Shown here piece by piece: positions 39,452-49,495 of a stretch of DNA of 64,000 nucleotides. The position numbers were made by a program, and so were the translations under genes. The stretch's first letter is position 1, and every line of letters begins with the position of its first letter. Below the pieces are notes generated by a model. That model did not search any database and was not told the origin of the DNA. It saw only the letters and a list, made by a program, of their open reading frames with translations. Source of the DNA: an uncultured Gammaproteobacteria bacterium (GTDB taxonomy: Bacteria > Pseudomonadota > Gammaproteobacteria > JAURND01); contig CAVQQD010000002.1 in assembly GCA_963714975.1 (NCBI GenBank), forward strand, positions 640,001 to 704,000, written 5' to 3'.

Positions 39452-40118
39452 TTCCCTCAATACAGATCTTCTCGCCCTCTAAATAAACCTGGACCATAGG
39501 TGCAGTAATTTTTGGGATATCCTCCTGCAATTTGTAGAACCCTGCTATTGAGACCAATTCCGCCTCAAGTTGTTGGGCAAAAATGCGCGCTGTTTTATCA
39601 CCTTTTACTCCTGCTAAGGCCCGGCCACGTAAACTGCCATAAACATGAATAAAACCATCGGCAAGAATCTCAGCGCCATGGCTCACAGAAGATAAGATGA
39701 CCAAGCTACTATTGCGGGCATAAATTTGTTGCCCTGATCTTATAGGCTTATCCACCAGTAAAGTAGATAGGGGCGCAGCAACCTTGGCCTTAGCTGGGGT
39801 GGCGCTACTAGTTTGGTGAGAAAGTAAAGCCAAACCCGCGGTTTCTGCAGCCTTGTTTTGGATGGTGTTGCCATGGCGGACTCCAACTGGAATTAAACCA
39901 TGTTCGCGCAAATAATGTTGAATGGCAGTGAAGTCAACATTGGTTTCTACTTGATTAATTCTTTGCAGATCAATAACTAACGGCATGTTTTTAAATAAAT
40001 TTGGAGTTTTTTGGGCATGTCTTCTTAGATCAGCGACAAAGAGATTAAGATCGGGATTTAACAAGTGAAGCACCGTAAGGGTAATCATACTGCCTTTGAG
40101 TTCAAAAGCACTTTTCAT
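39441..40118 (-). CDS. minC: Septum site-determining protein
   Basis: PIRSGQQIYA, GAEILADGFIHVYGSLRGRALAG, AELVSIAG; start MKSAFELKGS. Confidence 0.95.
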   Translation of the reverse strand: MKSAFELKGSMITLTVLHLLNPDLNLFVADLRRHAQKTPNLFKNMPLVIDLQRINQVETNVDFTAIQHYLREHGLIPVGVRHGNTIQNKAAETAGLALLSHQTSSATPAKAKVAAPLSTLLVDKPIRSGQQIYARNSSLVILSSVSHGAEILADGFIHVYGSLRGRALAGVKGDKTARIFAQQLEAELVSIAGFYKLQEDIPKITAPMVQVYLEGEKICIEGTKG

Positions 40119-40174
40119 TTTTGCACATACCTTATGCAGGATAATCGGAATGCAAATTTTGCACCAGTTTAGCG

Positions 40175-40370
40175 GTGAACACAAGCTGCAGACGCAACGC
40201 CTTCGGAGTCCTGCCGCTCGGTCACCCGCCGTGTGGGAAAAGGGATAAGAAGTAGCTGCCGTACCTTCCGAGGGGAGAAGGTTGGTACGGCACAAGCCGA
40301 AGGGTTGCTCGCGCGTCAGGACCCGTAGGCAAGCTGGGAGTGGCAACGTTGTAGACTGAGGCACCGGCTT
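40175..40370. repeat. GC-rich structured intergenic element related to the nuoG insertion
   Basis: Hairpin TGCCGTACC..GGTACGGCA plus two segments homologous to 4840-4953. Confidence 0.6.
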
Positions 40371-40399
40371 TTGTTTATCATTAGCAAAAAGGAGAATTT

Positions 40400-42109
40400 A
40401 TGTCGGAAAAAATTTGGCTCAAAAATTATCCCCCTGGTGTTCCTGCGGAAATTGATTGCCATGCTTATGAATCCCTGGTCGATTTATTTGAACAATCCTG
40501 CACACAATTCGCTGATAAACCAGCACTTAGCAATTTTGGCACTACTATTAGCTATGCCAAATTAGACAGCTTAAGTCGCGATTTTGCCGCTTATTTGCAG
40601 CAAGTACTACAGATTCCGCCAGGTGAACGCATCGCTATCATGTTGCCCAACGTCATGCAATATTACGTAGCCATGTTTGGTGCTCTGCGCGCTGGTTTAA
40701 TCGTGGTGAATGTCAATCCTCTGTATACCCCACGCGAACTTACTCATCAGCTCGTTGATGCGCAAGTCACCACCATCATTATTATGGCTAATTTTGTCGA
40801 GACATTAGCTCAAAGCTTGCCTCAAACCTCATTGCAACAGGTGATTGTGACCCGCCTAGGGGATTTATTTCCCTTCCCAAAAGCGACTATTTTTAACTTT
40901 GTGCTGCGCTATATCAAAAAACAAGTGCCTGCTTGCCGTCTACCCAAGGTAATTTGGTTTAAACAGGCTTTATCCACAGGTAAAAAATGCAAGTTTGAAA
41001 AAATTGCTCTGACCCAAAAGGACATCGCCTACCTCCAGTATACTGGAGGCACTACTGGCGTCCCCAAGGCAGCAGTATTAACTCACGGCAATATGGTTGC
41101 GAATGCTGAGCAAGCTTATGCTTGGGTTATGGCGAGTAATCTACAACCAGGTAAAGAAATCATCATCGCGCCATTACCCCTGTATCACATCTTTTCCCTC
41201 ACCGCTTGTGCCTTATGTTTTTTTAAACTGGGAGGGATGGCGGTGTTGATTACTGATCCACGCGACATTAAAAACCTAGTGCGCGAACTAGAAAATACTG
41301 AATTTTCGGCGATAATTGGCATCAATACTTTGTTTGCTGCTTTGCTACATAACCGACATTTTCGCCAACTTAACTTTGCAAAATTAAAACTCGTGGTTGC
41401 AGGAGGTATGCCATTACAACGTTCTATTGCTGAGCAATGGTATCAACTTACCCATATGCCGATCCTAGAAGGTTATGGTCTCACGGAGGCTAGTCCTATT
41501 GTGACGGTGAACACTTTCAATAGTCAGGTTTTTACTGGCAGTATTGGCTTGCCTGTGCCTTCAACCGATGTAGTCATTCGCGATGATAATGCAGACTTGC
41601 CAATTGGAGTAGCGGGTGAACTATGCGTTAAAGGTCCGCAGGTGATGAAAGATTATTGGCATTATCCCGAAGAAACCAAAGCAGCCTTTACCGACGATGG
41701 CTGGTTGCGAACAGGTGATATTGCCAAACTGGATGAGGAGGGCTATGTCTACTTGTTAGATCGGAAAAAGGATATGATTTTGGTCTCTGGATTTAATGTG
41801 TATCCTAACGAAGTGGAAGAGGTATTGGTAAGTCATCCTGGGGTATTGGAAGCGGGTGTGGTGGGTATTCCCAGTGATACTACCGGGGAGGCAGTAAAAG
41901 CCTATATTGTCAGACAATCTCCCGCGTTGACTAGCAAAGAAATTATTGCTTTTTGTCATCAGCATTTGACAGGATATAAAATCCCGCGGGTGATCGAATT
42001 TGTTGATGAGCTGCCGAAGTCTTATGTGGGCAAGGTGTTACATCGAAAACTAAGAAAAATTCCCTCTCCCCCGCCCGAGCGCCAGCGAGGGAAGGTGGGA
42101 GAGGGTTAG
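40400..42109 (+). CDS. fadD: Long-chain fatty acid-CoA ligase
   Basis: LQYTGGTTGVPK, EGYGLTEASP, RTGDI, DRKKDMILVSGFNVYPNEVE; C-terminus reads into a repeat. Confidence 0.94.
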   Translation: MSEKIWLKNYPPGVPAEIDCHAYESLVDLFEQSCTQFADKPALSNFGTTISYAKLDSLSRDFAAYLQQVLQIPPGERIAIMLPNVMQYYVAMFGALRAGLIVVNVNPLYTPRELTHQLVDAQVTTIIIMANFVETLAQSLPQTSLQQVIVTRLGDLFPFPKATIFNFVLRYIKKQVPACRLPKVIWFKQALSTGKKCKFEKIALTQKDIAYLQYTGGTTGVPKAAVLTHGNMVANAEQAYAWVMASNLQPGKEIIIAPLPLYHIFSLTACALCFFKLGGMAVLITDPRDIKNLVRELENTEFSAIIGINTLFAALLHNRHFRQLNFAKLKLVVAGGMPLQRSIAEQWYQLTHMPILEGYGLTEASPIVTVNTFNSQVFTGSIGLPVPSTDVVIRDDNADLPIGVAGELCVKGPQVMKDYWHYPEETKAAFTDDGWLRTGDIAKLDEEGYVYLLDRKKDMILVSGFNVYPNEVEEVLVSHPGVLEAGVVGIPSDTTGEAVKAYIVRQSPALTSKEIIAFCHQHLTGYKIPRVIEFVDELPKSYVGKVLHRKLRKIPSPPPERQRGKVGEG

Positions 42110-42124
42110 GGAGAGGGAGAGGAA

Positions 42125-42982
42125 ATGAAATCTGCAGGTCAACGTTTTAGAATGGCTTTAAATCAAGAGCAGCCATTGCAAATACCGGGCACGATTAATG
42201 CCTATTCTGCCCTGATGGCTGAGCGAGCAGGTTATCGCGCTATTTATTTATCAGGTGCTGGAGTTGCGAATGCCTCCTATGGTCTACCGGATTTGGGAAT
42301 GACTAATTTAACTGATGTCTTAATTGATGCTCGACGTATCATCAGTGCGACAAATCTGCCCTTGTTAGTCGACATTGATACCGGCTGGGGGTCTGTGTTA
42401 AATATAGCCAGAACCATTCGCGAAATGCAGCAAGCCGGAGTTGCTGCAGTGCATATTGAAGATCAGATTAACGAAAAGCGTTGCGGTCATCGTCCTGGTA
42501 AAGCAGTGGTAGCGATTGCTGAAATGCAAGACCGGATTAAAGCGGCGGTAGATGCCAGAACCGATGCTAACTTTGTTATTATGGCACGAACTGATGCATT
42601 ACAATCCGAAGGAATTGACGCTACTATTGAGCGAGCCTGTCGTTACCAAGAAGCTGGAGCTGATATGATTTTTGCGGAAGCTTTAGGCGAATTAGTTCAA
42701 TATCGCCGTTTTGTGGAGGAAGTGCAGTTACCTCTATTGGCCAATATTACTGAGTTTGGGAAAACGCCTTTGTTTAGTTTAGAAGAATTGCGGAGTGTGG
42801 GAGTGAGCATGGTGTTATATCCCCTCTCTGCTTTTCGGATGATGAGTGCAGCAGCTAACACTCTTTATGTTGGGCTACGCCAAGAAAGCAGTCAGCAAAA
42901 ATTTATTCAGCAAATGCAAACGCGAGAAGAGCTGTATGATGTTTTAAATTATTATACCTATGAGAGGAAATTTAGTTCATGA
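42125..42982 (+). CDS. prpB: Methylisocitrate lyase
   Basis: KRCGHRP motif; adjacent to prpC. Confidence 0.95.
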   Translation: MKSAGQRFRMALNQEQPLQIPGTINAYSALMAERAGYRAIYLSGAGVANASYGLPDLGMTNLTDVLIDARRIISATNLPLLVDIDTGWGSVLNIARTIREMQQAGVAAVHIEDQINEKRCGHRPGKAVVAIAEMQDRIKAAVDARTDANFVIMARTDALQSEGIDATIERACRYQEAGADMIFAEALGELVQYRRFVEEVQLPLLANITEFGKTPLFSLEELRSVGVSMVLYPLSAFRMMSAAANTLYVGLRQESSQQKFIQQMQTREELYDVLNYYTYERKFSS

Positions 42983-44100
42983 ATGCCAAGAAAAAACAAG
43001 GTGGGTTGGCAGGTGTCATCGCAGGACAAACTGCCATCGCTACCGTAGGCAAAGCAGGATTGGGATTAACTTATCGAGGTTATTCTATTGATGATTTAGC
43101 ACAACACGCTACTTTTGAAGAAGTTGCTTACTTGCTGATTTATGGAGAATTGCCGAATGCGAGTCAGTTGCAGAATTATCAGCAACGGTTAAAAGCCAAT
43201 CGATTTTTGCCTGATGCTTTAAAAACTGTTTTAGAGTTAATTCCTGGCCACACGCATCCGATGGATGTGTTACGCACCGGTTGCTCTGTTCTTGGGACCC
43301 TGGAGCCAGAGTCGGGTAATTTAGCAGCCTTGACTATTGCTGATCGTTTAATAGGTATTTTCCCCTCAATGCTTTTATATTGGTATCACTTTCATCAGCA
43401 GTGCATCCGCATTGATACTGAAACCCCGACTGAAACAGTGGCAGGGCATTTTCTTTATCTTCTTACTGGCAAGGCAGCGGATGAATTGCAGCAACATGCC
43501 TTGGATGTATCGCTCATTCTATATGCGGAACATGAATTTAATGCCTCGACGTTTGCGGCTCGAGTGACGACTGCGACCGGTTCCGATTTTTATTCTGCGA
43601 TTTGTTCTGCGATTGGTACCCTACGCGGAGATTTACACGGAGGTGCTAATGAAAAAGCCATGGAACTCATTGAGCGCTTTAATTCTCCTGAATCTGCTAC
43701 GGAAGGTGTGCGACGTTTGTTAGCGGAAAAATATTTAATTATGGGTTTTGGTCATCGAGTGTATACGCAATCGGACCCTCGTTCAGATATTATTAAGCCT
43801 TGGGCGAAACGCTTGGCGGATGAGACCGGAGATCAAGTCATTTATCCAGTTTCTGAGGCTATTGAAAAAGTGATGTGGGACGAGAAAAAACTTTTTCCTA
43901 ATTTAGATTTTTATAGTGCTAGTACTTATCATTTTTGTGGTATTCCCACGACAATGTTCACACCGTTATTTGTGATTGCACGTACTGCTGGCTGGGCTGC
44001 CCATATCATTGAGCAGCGGGCTAACAATAAACTAATTCGTCCTGATGCCGAATATATTGGTCCTGAGTTAAGAGAATTTAAGCAATTGGAAGAGAGATAA
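42979..44100 (+). CDS. prpC: 2-methylcitrate synthase
   Basis: [32 protein letters not shown]. Confidence 0.93.
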   Translation: MNAKKKQGGLAGVIAGQTAIATVGKAGLGLTYRGYSIDDLAQHATFEEVAYLLIYGELPNASQLQNYQQRLKANRFLPDALKTVLELIPGHTHPMDVLRTGCSVLGTLEPESGNLAALTIADRLIGIFPSMLLYWYHFHQQCIRIDTETPTETVAGHFLYLLTGKAADELQQHALDVSLILYAEHEFNASTFAARVTTATGSDFYSAICSAIGTLRGDLHGGANEKAMELIERFNSPESATEGVRRLLAEKYLIMGFGHRVYTQSDPRSDIIKPWAKRLADETGDQVIYPVSEAIEKVMWDEKKLFPNLDFYSASTYHFCGIPTTMFTPLFVIARTAGWAAHIIEQRANNKLIRPDAEYIGPELREFKQLEER

Positions 44101-45311
44101 TGCCACGCCATAAGACAGTTGCTGTACAAATAGGTTCGATGATTATTGGTGGTGACTCGCCAATCGTCGTGCAATCGATGACGGATACGGATACTGCAGA
44201 TTTAGCAGCGACCGTAAAGCAAGTAATGGCTTTGGCGCGAGCAGGCTCGGAATTGGTCCGCGTGACTGTCAATAATGAAGCCGCTGCCCAACAAGTGCCT
44301 GCCATTCGTGAGCGTTTAGATGCCATGAATTGCCAGGTACCGCTCGTGGGTGATTTTCATTATAACGGACATTTGTTGCTGGCAAAGTACCCGGCTTGTG
44401 CCGAGGCGCTCGATAAATATCGGATTAATCCGGGAAATGTCGGTTTTGCGGGAAAACGTGATAAGCAATTTGCTGAGATGATTGAGATTGCTTTAAAACA
44501 TAACAAAGCCGTGCGTATTGGGGTCAATTGGGGGAGTTTAGACAAAGCATTAGTGACGCGTTTAATGGATGAAAATGCCAAGATAGCCCAGCCAAAAACT
44601 GATAAGGAAGTGATCCAAGAGGCGTTAGTATTATCCGCGCTTGAAGGAGCAAAATTTGCTGAGTCGATTGGAATGGCTCGAAATAAGTTGGTGCTTTCTT
44701 GTAAGGTGAGTGAGGTGCAAACGTTAATTGCGGTTTACCGTGAATTAGCTGCACGCTCTGATTATGCGTTACATTTGGGACTCACGGAAGCGGGCATGGG
44801 ATCAAAGGGCATTGTAGCTTCAAGTGTGGGCATTGGAATTTTATTGCAAGCAGGTATTGGTGATACGATTCGTGCTTCGCTCACTCCTGAGCCAAATGGT
44901 GATCGGACTCAAGAAGTGATTGTCTCACAGCAGATTTTACAAACCATGGGTCTGCGTGCCTTTGCTCCTTTAATCACCGCTTGTCCCGGCTGTGGCAGGA
45001 CGACCAGTCAATTTTTTCGGGAATTAGCTGAACAAATTCAAAATTACACCCGAGAGCAAATGCCGATTTGGCGTGAAAAATACTTGGGTGTCGAGACAAT
45101 GACCGTCGCGGTGATGGGCTGCGTGGTCAACGGACCTGGAGAAAGCAAGCATGCCAATATTGGGATTAGCTTACCAGGAACCGGCGAAGAACCTGTGGCC
45201 CCGGTTTTTATCGATGGGATGAAAGCCGTCACCTTGCGTGGTGCGAATATTGCCGCAGAATTTGTGCAGTTGTTAGATCAGTATGTAAAAACCAAATACG
45301 CCTGTCGTTGA
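44100..45311 (+). CDS. ispG: HMBPP synthase (GcpE)
   Basis: [38 protein letters not shown]. Confidence 0.97.
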   Translation: MPRHKTVAVQIGSMIIGGDSPIVVQSMTDTDTADLAATVKQVMALARAGSELVRVTVNNEAAAQQVPAIRERLDAMNCQVPLVGDFHYNGHLLLAKYPACAEALDKYRINPGNVGFAGKRDKQFAEMIEIALKHNKAVRIGVNWGSLDKALVTRLMDENAKIAQPKTDKEVIQEALVLSALEGAKFAESIGMARNKLVLSCKVSEVQTLIAVYRELAARSDYALHLGLTEAGMGSKGIVASSVGIGILLQAGIGDTIRASLTPEPNGDRTQEVIVSQQILQTMGLRAFAPLITACPGCGRTTSQFFRELAEQIQNYTREQMPIWREKYLGVETMTVAVMGCVVNGPGESKHANIGISLPGTGEEPVAPVFIDGMKAVTLRGANIAAEFVQLLDQYVKTKYACR

Positions 45312-45346
45312 ACGGCCGCCTGTCGCGTTATAGAAACCGACAAGGT

Positions 45347-45379
45347 CTTAATATTTAGTTAATATTGATCATTTATGAT
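45347..45379 (+). promoter_or_regulatory. PmrA-type box with -10 element
   Basis: cTTAATATT-ta-gTTAATATT-N7-TATGAT, matching the Legionella/Coxiella PmrA tandem repeat. Confidence 0.75.
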
Positions 45380-45414
45380 GACTTAACATTTTATCGTAAC
45401 TATCGGAGTCGTGT

Positions 45415-47172
45415 ATGAGTGAAACAAAGGTGAACGAAACAAAAGTAGAAAAACTAGAGGAATATACGTTTACAGATGTACAATCTTCTCTGAAAATTCC
45501 AGAAGGTTTAACTGATGCTTTTGAGCCGCTATCAAGATTGGTTAATGAAGATAAAAGGACAGTAGAGAGACGTGCTTTCAGGGAAACATTATCCTTTATT
45601 ATGGGGGGGATATTAAACCCTACTCAGGATGAGAAGAGTATTACTTCCAAAGAGCAGGATAGGGATAGTAATATTTCCAAAGTGGATGCTTTTATAGGGC
45701 AACTTCCAGGTGAAATAGTGTCTAAGTGGAAGTTACGAGAATTGTGGGAGCTTAAACAACGCAGTCTACGTCCTGTAGAAGCGAAACCAAAACCTAAGTC
45801 CTTTAATTATATTAATAATTATGCCATCGGAACTGCTTTTTTTTCGCTTGTTCCAGGTATTGGGTTTGGTCTATTGGATCTTTGTGGTGCAGACTCTTCT
45901 GCGGATAGAATAGATAACCTCATCAGTTATCTTTATATTAGCCTGGCTGCGGTGGCTTTTTCCTATTTAATGATTTGTCTTTATGCTCACCTAAGAAAAA
46001 CACCAGTTGAAAGTAAAGCTACAGAAGCACCCGGTGAAATTAACGTAGTTTCATTAGATTATGATGATTGTGCAGATATCATTTTTTGGGAAAAATGCAC
46101 TCCTAAATGGCGTATTTGTTATGCGGAGTCTCATTTTAAGGGTGAACTAACTCCAGAAGAACAAAAAGAATTTAATAGCTTAAATGATACAGCGAAATCC
46201 TATAGCGTAATGGAGGAAAAGCTATCCTTAGGATTGAAGGATACGTTGAATGCTCTTTTCAAGAAACATGCGGATAAATTTCGAGATAAATTAATATCTC
46301 TAGCCAAGAATAGATCGCTTGAATTTTTTACATTGTCAAATAGACTGTCCTTAAAACGAGAGCGAGAAAATGTGCAGGAGAAGGGAAGTGGATCTAGTTT
46401 TAAAAACTATAGTGACTTATGTGAGACAGAGAATTGGCATTTCAATCAACTGTTGTTACACGATCAGATGGGTCAACTGAGCGATGGCGCTACATTATTG
46501 CAATTTTTCAATCCCAAATCTGGTTTTGTAGAAAAAAGCACAAGCACTTTTCTGAACTCATCTGAACATGAGCTTCATGATATGAACTTTTCATATTATG
46601 ATAAAGAGAAGAGTTCATCGAAAATTTTATCTATTATAAATCAGTCAAGAGCCATAGCTAAGAAACAACCGAAAGCAATAATCAATTTTTATTGTATAGA
46701 TGACAGGGGAGACCTGCTTGATGATATTAAACGTTTTTTTACTGTTTATCCGCAGCTCCTTCCTAAAAATATTAAATTGCATGTCCTACAATACATAGTT
46801 GAGGAGGATGAGCCATTTATTACGGTTTTCTCTCCTTCCCCTACTAAGGAAAATACTTTTTCGAAAAAATTGCTAACTTTTCTAGCAGTATCAGGGATTG
46901 GTTTAGGTATTGTTTCGTTGGCTAGCAAGATAAATACGCAGGATTCGAGCGCCTATTTACGCACCGAAATTTTCGATGGAAATTCTTTTAATGCAATTGA
47001 GTGTATTACAATAGCCGTGGCTTTGATGGCTATTGTTGCCATTGGGGTCAATAGTAGGCTGCAGCAATCTCATGTATCAGATGTGAGGGATGCTCCCGAG
47101 ATTGCCATCACGAAGGCACTGCGCGGCATAAACTTAGCATATCCAGATCGTTTGAAGCGTGGTGATGCCTGA
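45415..47172 (+). CDS. Membrane-anchored HAD-like phosphatase resembling Legionella Ceg4/Lem4 effectors
   Basis: VVSLDYDDC (DxD), TLSNR, SSK, FYCIDDR..LLPKNIKLH; hydrophobic helix pairs on both sides; PmrA box upstream. Confidence 0.65.
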   Translation: MSETKVNETKVEKLEEYTFTDVQSSLKIPEGLTDAFEPLSRLVNEDKRTVERRAFRETLSFIMGGILNPTQDEKSITSKEQDRDSNISKVDAFIGQLPGEIVSKWKLRELWELKQRSLRPVEAKPKPKSFNYINNYAIGTAFFSLVPGIGFGLLDLCGADSSADRIDNLISYLYISLAAVAFSYLMICLYAHLRKTPVESKATEAPGEINVVSLDYDDCADIIFWEKCTPKWRICYAESHFKGELTPEEQKEFNSLNDTAKSYSVMEEKLSLGLKDTLNALFKKHADKFRDKLISLAKNRSLEFFTLSNRLSLKRERENVQEKGSGSSFKNYSDLCETENWHFNQLLLHDQMGQLSDGATLLQFFNPKSGFVEKSTSTFLNSSEHELHDMNFSYYDKEKSSSKILSIINQSRAIAKKQPKAIINFYCIDDRGDLLDDIKRFFTVYPQLLPKNIKLHVLQYIVEEDEPFITVFSPSPTKENTFSKKLLTFLAVSGIGLGIVSLASKINTQDSSAYLRTEIFDGNSFNAIECITIAVALMAIVAIGVNSRLQQSHVSDVRDAPEIAITKALRGINLAYPDRLKRGDA

Positions 47173-47475
47173 CAGCATTACTAAGGCAATTAATAAATAT
47201 CCTGCCCATAGAGAATTATAAAGGCTATTGATTGGGATAACTAACATGAGCAGGTACATCTCGCCTCGGTTTAAGATGCGCCAAATGATAGTTTCATCTG
47301 GATCGATGACGGCTTTACGATGGTTAGCATAGGCCACTTCAAACGATGGCATAATGGCAAAGAACATTGCAAGACAAATCCATTGTGATAATGGTAGCCA
47401 TGGCGGAGTGATGGGTAGCCAAAAATAGCTAAAAAGCAGCATGAAATCAATAAATCGATCTAGGCTCCCATCTAA
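47141..47475 (-). pseudogene. Duplicated 3' half of the CDP-alcohol phosphatidyltransferase gene
   Basis: Direct repeat of 49523-49857 with mostly synonymous differences and a 3-nt indel; the N-terminus of the ORF-track call is translated repeat DNA. Confidence 0.9.
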
Positions 47476-47489
47476 CTTTGTGCGTAAAA

Positions 47490-47637
47490 ATCCTTCTCCC
47501 CTTGTGGGAGAAGGTGCCCGAAAGGGCGGATGAGGGGTAAACTTGGAATCAGCAAAGAGCATTTTATTAGCTAAATGCTGCTTACCCCTCACCCGCGCGC
47601 CTAACGGCGCGGCGGCCTCTCCCACAAGGGGAGAGGC
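47490..47637. repeat. Inverted dimer of the CCTTCTCCCCTTGTGGGAGAAGG repeat
   Basis: Two oppositely oriented copies around a spacer. Confidence 0.8.
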
Positions 47638-47689
47638 AAAATTGTGGTGAATGGTTGCCAACCTCTTTGTATATCAAGAGTTTGTATCG

Positions 47690-48076
47690 TTACAATCGTT
47701 TAACCTGTTTGATCTTTGCAAATTTTTCATCAAAAGTATAAAAATCTTTTGCATCAGCATTTTTAGCTGCTACTAATATCATGCAATCAGAGAAGTCAGC
47801 ATTATTTTCTTTAAAAAGTACAAGTCCTTCTAGAAAATTTTGCTCACGTTCAACAACAAAGGCAGAATTTTCGTATATTTCCTGCAAAACGACAAGAATT
47901 TGTTGTTTGGTAAGATCATAAGCTCGATCTAAAACCCATACCATTTCGATTAATACGATTTCGGATAAAAAAATATGCTTGGCTTTTTTTGCTAGGTCTC
48001 TAGATTTTTTAACTTGACTCTCATTTAAGTCATCGATAAAAATTCGAACCAGGATGTTAGTATCAATTGCTATCAT
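47690..48076 (-). CDS. PIN-domain (VapC) toxin
   Basis: MIAIDTNILVR, VLIEMVWVL, ADFSDCMI, YTFD. Confidence 0.9.
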   Translation of the reverse strand: MIAIDTNILVRIFIDDLNESQVKKSRDLAKKAKHIFLSEIVLIEMVWVLDRAYDLTKQQILVVLQEIYENSAFVVEREQNFLEGLVLFKENNADFSDCMILVAAKNADAKDFYTFDEKFAKIKQVKRL

Positions 48077-48302
48077 CACTATATCCCTTTTCAATTGCTC
48101 TTTGGATTTCCCCAAGAGAAACTTTTTTCTCGACTTTAAACATACCGAATGCTTGAGTGATGTCGTCTCTTTTTTTAAAAATCAATATCTTTTGATCCAA
48201 TGCTTCAAAAGCTACTGTATCTCCAGGATGTAAATCTAAAGCTTGTCTTAAATTAGCTGGTATGGTTACTTGACCCTTGGATGTTAGAGTTGAAGAATAC
48301 AT
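48063..48302 (-). CDS. AbrB/MazE/SpoVT-family antitoxin
   Basis: STLTSKGQVTIPANLRQALDLHPGDTVAF; upstream operator inverted repeat AAGTAATAC..GTATTACTT at 48319-48348. Confidence 0.9.
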   Translation of the reverse strand: MYSSTLTSKGQVTIPANLRQALDLHPGDTVAFEALDQKILIFKKRDDITQAFGMFKVEKKVSLGEIQRAIEKGYSDDSN

Positions 48303-48519
48303 GGGGACCTCCATAAAAAAGTAATACATGTGTAATTAAGTATTACTTAACTCTCTTTGTATGTCAAATATTTTTAACTAAGTAGGCTATAGATCAGCCC
48401 CTTTGTATATTAAGAGCTTTTTATGCCTTGAAAAATAATTTCAACTGTTTAAAATGACATTTGTTTAGAATGACATTTTTTCCAGTGGTTCCTATTCATT
48501 ATATTAAGGAGATTTTTTC

Positions 48520-48957
48520 ATGAAGAAATATTTAGTAATGACTGTTTTAGCTAGTGGTTTGCTTTTTGCAGTCAATAGTTTGGCTGATGACCAACTTCCA
48601 GCGAATGCCGTAAGTGCTTCTACGGTATTGGAAAATTTGCAGAAAGCAGGTTTTACTGGGGTCCGTAAAGTTAAGTTTGAAAACGATGTTTATGAGGCTG
48701 TTGCCATTAATCATGAAGGCAGACCTGTAAAAGTTGCGGTAAATCCAACGGATGGACAAGTTTCCAAGGAGTCTAAAGCAATGGCGGCGCAATTAACCAT
48801 TCTTGATGCAGCAAAAAAAGTGGAGAAGGCTGGTTATACGCATATTAGCGAGATTGAATTGGAAAAAAATAAGTTTGACGTAAAAGCTCTGGATAAGAAT
48901 GGTAAAAAAGTAGATTTAGAAGTGGATGGGCAAACTGGGAATATTAAGGAAGACTAG
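48520..48957 (+). CDS. Secreted tandem PepSY-like domain protein
   Basis: Signal peptide; paralog of 36120-36575. Confidence 0.75.
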   Translation: MKKYLVMTVLASGLLFAVNSLADDQLPANAVSASTVLENLQKAGFTGVRKVKFENDVYEAVAINHEGRPVKVAVNPTDGQVSKESKAMAAQLTILDAAKKVEKAGYTHISEIELEKNKFDVKALDKNGKKVDLEVDGQTGNIKED

Positions 48958-48964
48958 GAATAAC

Positions 48965-48992
48965 ATGCCGCGGCTAGCCCGCGGCATTTTTT
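48965..48992 (+). terminator. Rho-independent terminator
   Basis: ATGCCGCGG-loop-CCGCGGCAT followed by a T run. Confidence 0.8.
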
Positions 48993-49071
48993 GTACCTAG
49001 GATTGACGCTCTCTATAATTCATGTTAATTTGGGACATATAACGCCCGTTAATCAACTTAAGGAGGCTAAA

Positions 49072-49416
49072 ATGTCACAAATATCTGCCTTGCCTCAAGC
49101 TGTGCAAGAAGCTCTGCAAATGCTTGGCGAGCTCATACAATCCGCTCGCAGATCAGCAAATTACACCTCTGAAGAAATAGCCCAAAAAGCTGGTGTCAAT
49201 CGAAAAACCATCGCTCGTTTGGAAAAAGGTGATCCTGGTATTGGGCTGGGTTTATTTCTTAGCGTCCTTTGGTTATTAGATATTCCTTTATTACGTGGCT
49301 TTGACCTAGGCAATCGCCAATCTAGGACACAAATAGCCCTCTTATTACGTAGTTTAGGGCAAAATCAGGTTCAACGTGTTCGCCGCTCATCCAAAAGTCA
49401 CTATGACAAATCCTAA
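49072..49416 (+). CDS. XRE-family HTH protein (HipB-like antitoxin)
   Basis: LGELIQSARR..EEIAQKAGVNRKTIARLEKGDPG; AAGGAGG RBS. Confidence 0.85.
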   Translation: MSQISALPQAVQEALQMLGELIQSARRSANYTSEEIAQKAGVNRKTIARLEKGDPGIGLGLFLSVLWLLDIPLLRGFDLGNRQSRTQIALLLRSLGQNQVQRVRRSSKSHYDKS

Positions 49417-49495
49417 ACAATACAGCGCCTATGTTTGGATATGGCTGCCTGGTACAGAGCATCCAGTACCCTGTGGGCAACTCACGGATCACTGA
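49403..49495 (+). pseudogene. HipA-like toxin N-terminal stub (30 aa)
   Basis: MTNPKQYSAYVWIWLPGTEHPVPCGQL overlaps the HTH gene stop and is cut where the convergent gene ends. Confidence 0.65.

Noticed and set aside
40119-40364. N-terminal extension of MinC, and likewise 55048-55170 of IlvC and 56247-56378 of the ThrC-like gene
   Set aside because: The extensions run through repeat DNA; better RBS/start pairs or homology starts lie downstream
47476-47661. N-terminus of the 175-aa ORF 47134-47661
   Set aside because: Translated palindromic repeat (SPLVGE, PHPPF..PSPTRGEG) fused by chance to the duplicated gene fragment
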